NCBI RefSeq assembly: GCF_009914755.1
Contig: NC_060927.1
Direction: 5' to 3' (one strand)
DNA: 64,000 nucleotides
Origin: the human T2T-CHM13v2.0 reference genome, Homo sapiens
Under the pieces are notes generated by a model. It was not told where the DNA came from. It saw only the letters and a list, made by a program, of their open reading frames with translations, and did not search any database. Below are positions 16,151 to 26,367 of this stretch, one piece after another. Made by a program: the position numbers and the translations under genes. Numbering within the stretch: the stretch's first letter is position 1; the number at the start of each line of letters is the position of its first letter.

Positions 16151-16844
16151 TGTTGGGAACTCAGCTCAGCTGGAGAGAGAGCTGAGCTGCCAGGTGTCAG
16201 AGTAGTCACTTATAGCAACAACAAGCCAAAATGATGGTTAACTATTAAGACTTTGATCACTTACCTTGATAGTAAAAGCAAGAAGCTAAAATAAGAGAAA
16301 GGGCCTTTTCCATTTTGCCCCATGGAACAGGTGCACTGGTTCAAGGATCAGGAGGGTTGGCGCAGATGTGGTAGTCCTCATTGTTGAGGTAGCCCAGACA
16401 AGGGGAGGCTGTAGTTTTATGGACCCTGGGGCCCAGGGAAAGGCGAAAAGAGGGGCAGAAAAATAATGAGTACTGAGATAGTAGGGAAGAGTCTTCAAGG
16501 TTTCCTCTTCCTCCTTCCCATAAGGAACCTCAGAAAAGGAGAACTATGAACGAAGGTACCAGAGCTAAGAATGGAAATATGTGTAAGAGCTTGTTGGCCC
16601 GCGGGAACAGAATCCTTGACTGCAGCTTCCTTCAGAGGATGCACTGCACTGGCTGTGCACCACATCTGGTGTGGGGAGGGCAGTTTTCGCTTGTGAGGAA
16701 CTTCCAGGTAAAGGCTTTATAATCCCCTAACGTTAGGTCTGAAAATTCAAACATAGATGTAACCAGGAGCCACACTTTTGTGACCAGGAGCCACACTTTT
16801 GTAACCAGGAGCCACACTTTTGTAACCAGGAGACACACTTTTCA
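16151..16844 (-). mobile_element. LTR (3' LTR of a truncated class III / ERVL-like provirus; family not assigned)
   Basis: On the minus strand it begins TG directly after a purine tract (aaggaatggagg, 16845-16856) and ends cccaaCA at 16151. Contains a CATAAAA box at 16415-16421. Confidence 0.7.
16758..16841 (+). repeat. Tandem repeat, 4 x 21 bp (tgtaaccaggagccacacttt)
   Basis: Units start at 16758, 16779, 16800 and 16821, with one substitution each in units 2 and 4. Confidence 0.97.
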
Positions 16845-16856
16845 CCTCCATTCCTT

Positions 16857-17097
16857 GACTTTTTGGGACTTGAGCAAGAAAATAGGCCAGTTTACCATGA
16901 AACCAAATAGGTCATACTTTGGAGGCCTGTCAGTAATTTGTCTGATGCAACAGAAGATCATGGTTATGATTAAAATTATTCCTAGCAGAATGATCAGGCC
17001 CTTCTTGACTATAACCATGAGGCCCAACCATTGCCAAAACAGAAAAAAACAAAACGTTCCATAGCCCCTCTGGATCTACTTTAGAGAACCAGGAAGT
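16857..17097 (-). pseudogene. Retroviral env TM C-terminal remnant (frameshifted)
   Basis: Minus frames give TSWFSKVDPEGLW, then WQWLGLMVIVKKGLIILLGIILIITMIFCCIRQ (Trp-rich segment, hydrophobic anchor, CC). It lies immediately upstream of the PPT and LTR. Confidence 0.6.
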
Positions 17098-17829
17098 TTA
17101 AAAAAAAAAAGAATCATAAATATTTTTTATCTTTTTTTTTTTAATCTGGCCTAAGGCATACATTTACTACATACAGCACAATTCTGGCCAGTAAGTTGAG
17201 GCTAACCTAAATATCTTTCAGAGCTAAGGCAATTTCCTGAGAAAGTATAATACACAAGAAGTACAATCCCATCAGAGATGTTTGGTGCCCTGGAAACAGA
17301 GTTTTTCAATGTAAGGACACTGCAAACATGATATTCACTAATCAGGTAATTGGGGTAACTGAAGCCCTGATTGTGGACTTCCAGCATGTGGCCTCCTGCC
17401 CTGGGGTCCCCTATCCAGATTGAACAATTCAGTTCAGTCTTTGTTTTCTGAGGCAGTTCGATTTAAATAGTTTTGTGTCCATGACATCAGTTAATATGTC
17501 TCACTACTGTGGACAACATCTGGAGGTGTTTTGCCAGGAAAGTGCAGGAGCTGAAACCATTGTCTGCTATCTTAGTTAGCAGTCAGGTGTGACGATGAAT
17601 TCAATATTTAGCCTGAGTTAAATGTACTCACAGCAGCTTGGAAAGGCAGCCTAGGGAGTTCTTTTTTAGAAGGAGTAGCGAGTTTTCAGGAGCAGGTCAG
17701 AAATAAAAAGATCATTAATATCCAGCCCTCTACCCCTGCTCAGGTGCTGGGATTTTAGTTTATTTGGTTGTTATTGCTGTCTCATTTAGTCATCACAACT
17801 TTACATTTAAAAAAATTGCTGCCTACTTT

Positions 17830-18240
17830 AATCCAGACCTTTTGTCTGAAAGGGTTGTATGCAAGAGTGATGTGTGTAGCATATGACTAAGTCCTAGCCA
17901 GCAAAATGTAGATTGAAATATTGCACATCACTGTCAGGGCTTGTTCATTAAAAGAAGGAAAGGTGAGAAGGGGAGAGCAGGGGAAAGGCGGAGAGAAAAA
18001 GGGAGGGAGAGCATATGTAATGTACTTTCCCCAACTGCGAGTTTAATGTTAAGGACTCTGACAAAGTCAAATCCTAGAAGAGACAAGCAGATAAGCACTA
18101 AGGTCCTTGAGTCATTGCTACTACGAGAACATTCCAGAAGAGTGAATGTGTACCAGAAGGTGTACCAAAGAACACCCATGTTGGACTTTTAATAATTACT
18201 AAAATTTAGGTGTGATGATGCAACTGTTTGCCTACCATGA
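17830..18240 (+). mobile_element. Old ERVL/MaLR LTR fragment (LTR33/MLT1J-like)
   Basis: atatgactaagtcctagccagcaaaatgtag resembles the catgtgactaagttctggccaatgaaatgt motif shared by these LTRs. Confidence 0.4.
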
Positions 18241-18340
18241 ATAATATATCCTTTAGCCCCAGTGATTTATAAATTAGGTAGGAATATGGACAAATTAATA
18301 ACAACTTTCATAGCATGAAAATGTTTATGGTAAAAGTATA

Positions 18341-18507
18341 TAGATATTTAAAAAAGTACAATGTGTACTATAAAAGTGAAAATATTAAAGGTTAGATAAA
18401 TATATAGCATATCATTGTAGGGATTAGAAAAAGCCACATAAAAGAAAATTTATTACTGAGGGATGAATAATGACGATCTTAAAATATTTTAAAAATAGGC
18501 GAAGGAG
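18341..18507 (+). repeat. 167-bp direct repeat, copy 2
   Basis: Gap-free match to 14255-14421. Confidence 0.95.
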
Positions 18508-18604
18508 TGCCCTATAGAAAAACAATGAAAATTTTGCTAAAATATTGAGAAATAACAAAATTCTAGGTGGGTCACAATTGATATAGGTGTAGAAAATCTG
18601 AAAC

Positions 18605-19130
18605 AATAATTAATGTTCATCAGACACTTCCCAGGTGCCAGACACTCTAAAAACTTTGTCTTAGATTGGGCTGCTAAAATAAGGTATAATAGATGGGTGG
18701 CTTATAAACAAACAAAAATTTATTTCTCATAGTTCCAAAGGATGAAAGTCCAAGATAGGGTCCCAGCATGGTTGCTTCTATTGAGGGCCCTCTTCTGAGA
18801 TGCAGGTTGTCTGCTTCTCATAGTATGCTCACATGGCAGAAGGAAAGCAGGCTGGCTCGGTGGCCTTTTCTTAGAAGGGTACTAATCCCATTCTGTGGGC
18901 TTCACCCTTATGACCTGATTACCTCTCAAAAGCCCACCTCAAGATACTATTACGTTGGGTTTAGGATTTTAATGTGAATTTTGGGAGGATGCAAGCATTC
19001 AGTTTATTATAGACTTCAACATTATTAACTCTTGTTGCACTATTTCACTGAGGGGAAAAGTTGAGTGTAGAGAGTCACAGCTAGTAAGTAGGTGGTCTAA
19101 CTCCAAAGATTAGGTTCTTACTCACCAAAT
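18605..19130 (-). mobile_element. MIR, split by the MLT1A0 insertion
   Basis: aggtgccagacactctaa on the left; tttcactgaggggaaaagttgag...gtcacagctagtaagt on the right. Confidence 0.65.
18657..19011 (-). mobile_element. MLT1A0-like MaLR solo LTR
   Basis: tgtcttag...gggtggcttataaacaa...gtccaagat...actaatcccatt...tgaattttgggagga. TSD aactt/gactt. Confidence 0.85.
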
Positions 19131-19279
19131 TTTAATCAGACTGATATAGACCCAAAGAAAGAGAAGAGCATGCTAGTTAGAGGAAATTATATATGTAAAT
19201 TCTCATAGGTATGCAATAGTGGAGATATTCGAGTACAAGGAATTAGCAATAGTGCTGAAGAGAATAATGAAGGAAATAA

Positions 19280-19700
19280 TGTAGCAGCATTATTACTGAT
19301 GAGACTATAGGGACAGGCAGGTTATAAAGGCTCAGTTAACAACTTTGAACTTTATTAAGAAACCATACTTAGCAATCAAAATTTAACTAGTTTAATAGTT
19401 TAGGCAGTCTTCTCATAAGCAGTTTGGGAATTGGATTCTAAGTTGCAAGATCATATGAAGAGAGAGCAGTTAGTAAATTTTTGTAATAATCTAAATAAGA
19501 AATGATGAAATCTTGACCAAGCCATTATGACTATTAAGGAAAAAGTGAGAGCAGATTCAGGAAACATTAATTAACTAGAATTTATGGAGCTTGATTTCTA
19601 ACTGGACATAAATATTCTATGGGAGCAAAGAGTTTCAGGGATTCCCAGGTATTTAAGTAACTGGGTGGATGTTGATGCTAGTCTCATACTTGGAAACAAA
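19280..19700 (-). mobile_element. L2 fragment
   Basis: tgtaataatctaaataagaaatgatg, gagcagattcaggaaacatt, gtaactgggtggatgttgatgc. Confidence 0.6.
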
Positions 19701-20162
19701 AAATCACTTAAACTGGTTTATTTTTTACAGAGAAATTGAATGTTATTGTTAGAGATAGAGTGAAACACTGCAGGGCAAATTCTCCTAATTTTCTTCTTTT
19801 TAGTATGATAGTAGTAGCAGTATTACTACAGACGACCAGGAACTTATCTCTGATTCTTTCCCTTGGAACCATATTTGGTAATATTTTCAACAATAAACCT
19901 CAACAATCAATGAATCTTCTGCTTTAATATTACTTCAAAAATCATTGCTTAGTAACTGCTCCTATAAATGCAGTTTGACCCTGTGCAACTGCCAATAATT
20001 GATACATATTCATATCCTCACTTTGCCTACCGTTAATGTTCTTTTCAAGTTGTATTTTTCAAGCTTTTTTTGTTCTTGGATTGTTTGCCAGGTTGTCTCT
20101 TACATAATGTATTCTCTTTGCATAACCACATTAACATTAATTATAGTAACAAGCTCTGGCCT

Positions 20163-20340
20163 GTTTCATTCACTCGTTAAGTCATTAATTTAGTCCCTAG
20201 GTAATTAATGAACTCTACTATTGTTTGGTACCATGCTAAAGATTGGGCACACAAAAGTGAAAATGAGGTATGTGGCCACTGACATAAAACACATTCTTCT
20301 TAGAGGTAAGTGAAAACAAAACATTTAGTGATAATATGAT
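20163..20340 (-). mobile_element. L2 3' end
   Basis: ttcattcactc...tactattgtttggtaccatgctaaagattgggcacacaaaagtgaa. Confidence 0.55.
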
Positions 20341-20470
20341 AATAGACCCAAAAAATTGCCTGATTGTGATACTTATTATGGCAAAAATAAGCAAGGGGTT
20401 AAAACAGAAAAGAGTAGAATCTCGAAATCCTGAGATTGTGAAATTTTCTTCATCTAAATAGATTGTTTAG

Positions 20471-20907
<437 letters not shown>

Positions 20908-22301
20908 AAGTGTCCTGATTCATACATTGAAGGCTTGTTATAGCACAGCTTCCATTACTTTCCAGTTGTTTCTTGGAACATGGAAGGATAATGAAGCAAA
21001 TCCAAATAACTTTATTTTCCAAAATTTTACTAAAAGTTTAAATAAGTATTATAAAGGGCACCTGAAATTTAGAAGAGGAATTTACATTTTACAAAGCTTT
21101 AAGCTATTTTTAATCCAGTCATTTGGCAAAATGATATAGGCAGCAACATGCTAAGCACATTCACACGACCTTGAACATCATGGTATCTTTAATAAGAGCT
21201 TCTTTTCCCTCTTCTTTCTCAACTTAATTCAATGTCCTGAAAAAGAATTACTGAATTTGCATTAATATATGACCTTCCTGCTAATAAACATTTATATCTT
21301 TCAAGGCCTGCAACCAACCTGACAGTTGTCTGAGTGTTATATACTCTAAGACTTCATTATCTGATACTATAATTTTCCAATACTTAAATGCTATTATTGG
21401 CAATATTTCTGCCAAGGCATCATTCATTGGTAGTCTGAATTTGCAAGATTGCTTCCTTAGGGACAATTCCTCAATGTATTGTTGGCCATATTAATATACA
21501 AAATTAATCACCCAAGATAATTTTAAAATCACAATATGCGCATGTCAGCTTGTCTGAATACAAGAGAAAATTAAAGGGGCTTCTGTATCAAGTTGAGTGG
21601 ATTTTGGTAAATTGCCATGACTTTGTTAATATCTCAACTTGAGAATTTATTTTATTTTTATTATTAATTTATTTTATTAAATTGTAAATATTTAATGTGT
21701 ACAGCAATAGAGGCTAACATAAGAGAAATTTATATACCTGCAACTATGATTAAACTGAGAATAGCATTTTGCCATATTTTATATAGTTCTATTTAAAGTA
21801 TAGACATATTTTAAACAACTAACATCTTGTCCAACAACCCAATACTCTTATCTCCTGAAATGTAAACACTATCCCAGATTTTGAAAATCCTATGTCTAGG
21901 CATGTTTTGATTAGAAAACAAATTACTAATAATGTCTAAGACCTCATTTTGATTACTGTTTTAATTTACTAGCTTTCTGCAATTGAATATGTGTATGTCT
22001 GTGTGAGAGAGAGATGTGTGTTCACACAGCTCTGTTTGAACTTTGACCCTCAACTGCATTGTATTATAACAGATTGGTCACACACTGTATTAGATAAGAT
22101 ACAAAGAAAGAGTATTATACAATACTTACAATACAATACAATAGATCTTCTCTTTAGGTTTTTTACCTGTGCCCAGAAATCAAAATCTCAAAACCCTTGC
22201 TTCACTAATATAGGCATGATTTCTAAATGAAAATATCTGTAACTCCAGCTTTGCTCTTCTCTCCTGTTAATACCATCCCCATCATTGTACTCACCTCCTC
22301 A

Positions 22302-22339
22302 ACACACATACACACACACAAACACACACACACACACAC
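22302..22339 (+). repeat. Interrupted (CA)n microsatellite
   Basis: acacacatacacacacacaaacacacacacacacacac. Confidence 0.95.
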
Positions 22340-23879
22340 TCACCACTGAAGGAATATATTTACAGAAACAATCCTCTTCACTATATTTAGAGCTTCACAC
22401 AGCTGCAAATTGTGCTGGCTCCTTGTCCTTGCTAAGTTGTACAATCTGATAGGGATTCATAGAAGAGACATAACAAGTCATAATAAGTTTCTTTCTTGCC
22501 CACATTCCTGGAAGTTTGCTCTCAAATTCAAAGTATAAAAAATATCTTGAAGAAATACATAAAAATGCAAAATTTGGAGTCTCATCATCAGCTTTCCTGT
22601 CAGAGATGTGATTTAGTCTATTTGAAATACAGCTAAAAGAAATACATTGCTTTAAAGAACTTTCTCCACATAAATGTGAATGAGAAAAATATTGACCCTA
22701 AGTTGGGGAGATGTAGATGGCACAAGAAGAGTTGTAGATGACACTGTGTCTGCTTTATGAACTATATCCGTAGAAGGTGGCAGAAAATGAAGAGAGCACA
22801 ATTTTTAAAAAGCAATTTTTAAAGATGAGAAATGAAGAATTTTCCTGAAACCAGTTTTATAAACTACCTTATAGGTAGTTTCTAACATCTTCTGCACACT
22901 AAAAATCCCATCACTGATAATATGATGTATCACAATTTTTAGAATTTATTTTCTTTTATTTCCTTAATGAACGTGGAGCAAGTTTTGAGGGTGGAAGGGG
23001 AGGGTTGGAGGAAGACAGGATAGATCTGAGCTTTATTTAAAGATAATTCATGTCGATATTAGCTAGTTCTGCAAAAATGAAATCCAAATGATTTCACATT
23101 GCAGAGATTTACATAGAAATATGTTTATATGGAAATATTGGAGTGTTACTCATCCCAACTTTTTTAATTCTGCAATAATATTTGATAATTTTATATGAAT
23201 GCTTTCCCATGTAATATGACAAAATTATTCATTGTATTACTATGTTAGAGAGTTCTGTTGTTCATATAAATATATCAAAACTTCAAAAGGTAATATGTTT
23301 AAATGATACCAAATATTAAGCACTTAAAGAACATTTTCTAAATTCTTAGGTTATCAAACTGATGTATTTATGTATTGCAATTTATCTTTCTATTAATATG
23401 TTTTATTTATATAATAATATGTTTTTCATGAAAATTTATGTGCACTGTAAAATGTAACTCAAACTATGATATAAGTCAAATTTTGTTAATATTCAGTAGG
23501 AATTTAGGTAAATTATTTTTGTTAAAGAGATATTTTAATCTTCACCTCTAATTATGCCCATACATGAATTTGAGTATATTCTCTTTTTTGCTTTATAAAA
23601 TACATCCTAACAGAGTATTTCTTCTAAGATCATTCTTCTTGGAGACCTTGAAAATCTTAAATAATAATAATTTAAAAAATACATTTGCCATGTGTTCTTG
23701 AGATGAAAGCTATACGTGTACAGACTCACACCAACACACACATAAATTGAAGGTAATAGCACAATGCATTTGCTTTTTAGAAATCCTGAGAAATATTTAT
23801 AAACAAACTGGGAGACCTCATGTGGATCACATATAAACAAAACAAGCCTTGCTAACATTAAGAAACATAGTATCAATGG

Positions 23880-24030
23880 CAGTTTATTATTTATTGACCA
23901 TTAAACTACTTATCTGTTTTTGGTTTAGGTATATTCCATTTTATATTTAAATTCTTGTAACAATATTATGATAACATTATTATTCTCATTTTACAATAAA
24001 TAAATGAGACTCAAAAAGGATATGTATACA
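23880..24030 (-). mobile_element. MIR fragment
   Basis: ttatttattgacca...attattattctcattttacaataaataaatgagactcaaaaagg. Confidence 0.6.
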
Positions 24031-24669
24031 ACCTTTATGAGATAATATGCATAGATGGGATATATCTGAAAAAACTAAATTTTACTGCTGTATCTTGTTT
24101 GTTTTCCCCTAGGAATGAGTTCCTGTAGTAAATTAATTTTCCCATAGTCATTTACATATTCTCTAAAATATGATAAATTATTTAAATTACATATTTTTGT
24201 TGCATTCTTTCCAATAATTCTCCAGAAATAATTTCCCCCAAATAAACATTAACATTTATTTCAAAAAAGGAAAGTGGTAATTTATGAAATACATCCTTTC
24301 TTCATTCAGACAAGCTTATAGAGATGAAAGATGACATCTGTCTCAGGCAAAAATAAATGTTTTACTTCTTCATTATGTAAGTACTTAATTTACTAAAAAA
24401 TAACTTTAAATAAAATATTCCAATCACTTGGGTATAGATATTCTTGTGCTTTTATTTCTTTGGAAGATTATACATATTTTAAACTGATTAAAATGTACTT
24501 CGTAGCATATGTACATGAAAAATAAACAATAGCCTGCACTTTATAATTTCCCTAGATTACAAAAATAAGCCAAGGGACTCAATATAATTTTCCAGTTAAA
24601 GAAATACACAAAAATTAATTATAATTCTTTGTCTCTTATATTCTGTTCTTTGGTTGCTTTGGTTTTGTT

Positions 24670-25812
24670 CCCAACTTTTATTTAGAATTTCTTAAGAAAT
24701 ACAGAGAAAGTGAAAACATAAAATAAGCTGCTACAAGTACAGCCTCATCCTTGATACATCAGTTTTCAACATTGACCACAATAATATAGCTCTCTGTCTT
24801 TCTAATATAGTTCTGGATATAGTATAAATGCAGATTTGTTTTGGATGAATCATTTGAAAATTTCAGAAATCATTTGAAATTAAATGGCGAACATCCTGAC
24901 ATGTCACTCGTACTTGCTGTAACATGTATCTCTAAAGAAAATGGGTATTCTTCTACTTAAGTAAAATACCATTATCACACTCAAGAATTTTAATTCAAAT
25001 AATAAAACTTACTAATAAGCAACTATATATATTTTTTCCAATTGGCCCAATAATGTCCTTTATGCCTCGTTAATATTTGTTTATTTTTAAACCCAGGATC
25101 CAGCCAAGAACTGTGCATTGTGTTTAGTAGGCATTTTTAAAATTTTCCTGTAAAATAGAAGAGTGCCTTTGCCTTTGTATGTCTTTTCTGTCATGGATAT
25201 TTTTAAAAATTCAGGTTTTTGTGAGTACAGGTTGTAGATCTCCCAAATTAAATTTGTCTGATTATTTTCCGCCTATTCAGAATAAACAACTTTGTCAAGA
25301 ATACTATGCAACCAATATTGTGTCATTTATTGTTCGAGTGAGGCTGTAAAGTCAGTTTGTAATATTATTGTTGATGTTGTTTGATCATATGAATCATGCA
25401 GTGTCCTCCAGATTTCTTCATGTAAAAATTGTAGATTTTTTTTGTAGTTAATTAGTAATCAATGAATATAATGTTTTGATACATCATGGGGTGTTTTTTG
25501 TTCTATAGAAGAAATTTTTCTCCTCAGAGCTTGTGTATTGTGTGTATCAAATGGACTTATTACTTATTTTTTATCCATTACATTTACTACCATAATTGTT
25601 ATTTTTCCCTCCTAATTGTCCCTAATTTGGATAGTGGAATTCCTTCAAGATGGCTTCTATTCCATTTAGGGTGATCTTCTAAGTTTTCAACAATACTAAT
25701 AACAAAAACCTCACCATTTAGAATGTTACAGTGTTTAGGAATAAAATTCTGGGCAACCAGATCTATTCAATATATTGTGGTATCATTGTTTTTAGGCTTT
25801 TTCAGTGGACAG
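24670..25812 (-). mobile_element. L1MC/ME 3'UTR fragment
   Basis: aactttta...aaatacagagaaagtgaaa, aataccattatcacactcaagaa, ccaattggcccaataatgtcctttat, aacccaggatccagccaag. Confidence 0.7.
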
Positions 25813-25968
25813 GATGAATGGAGATTTAAAGTGAAGGAATGAAAAATATATTCCATGCAAGTAGTAACCAAAAGAGAGCAAGGGTGGCTGTACTTACATC
25901 AAACTAACACTAATATTAGACAAAATATTCAAATTAAACTTTAAAACAGGTTAAAAGATACAAAACTG

Positions 25969-26174
25969 TGATAGATGTAGGAGACAGATAAGGGGGAGGG
26001 TCCCCAGAGAATCTCCAACATACCTGTGCACTGGAAGAATGGGGTGAAGCCATGGGAAGTTCGTGCCTTGTACAGGGAGTGAGAAGCCTGGCCTCATCAG
26101 CTCCTGTGTGGTGGCCTGTAAATCATTCTATGAGATGGAAGCCTGCTGTCAGCATCCCCTCTCACTTTGCTGAG

Positions 26175-26224
<50 letters not shown>

Positions 26225-26345
26225 TTCCTTTTCACCCAATATATTCCACTCTAGTCACCCTTCAGTGTGTCCGTGTGCCTTATCTTTCCTGGTCATGTGA
26301 TAAGAACCTGATTTTAGCTGAATGAAGGAGCAAAGTTCTGCATCA
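25969..26345 (+). repeat. 5' LTR (MER61A-like), with a T42 run at 26177-26218
   Basis: Direct homology to 30865-31206; TG...CA ends. Confidence 0.92.
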
Positions 26346-26348
26346 TTT

Positions 26349-26367
26349 TGGTGCCCAAACATGGGGC
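26349..26367 (+). promoter_or_regulatory. Primer binding site, tRNA-Lys-like
   Basis: tggtgcccaaacatggggc, 3 nt after the LTR, compared with the Lys1,2 PBS TGGCGCCCAACGTGGGGC. Confidence 0.65.

Noticed and set aside
16632-17064. ORFs with LLVTKVW / VTRSHTF repeats; CRISPR-like appearance
   Set aside because: These are translations of a head-to-tail 21-bp tandem repeat with no spacers.
22861-22881. Hairpin aaactacct-tat-aggtagttt
   Set aside because: A 9-bp stem is expected by chance in 64 kb of AT-rich DNA and is too short for a pre-miRNA.
25969-26345. p53 response element, known in some MER61 subfamilies
   Set aside because: No paired RRRCWWGYYY decamers are visible in either LTR.
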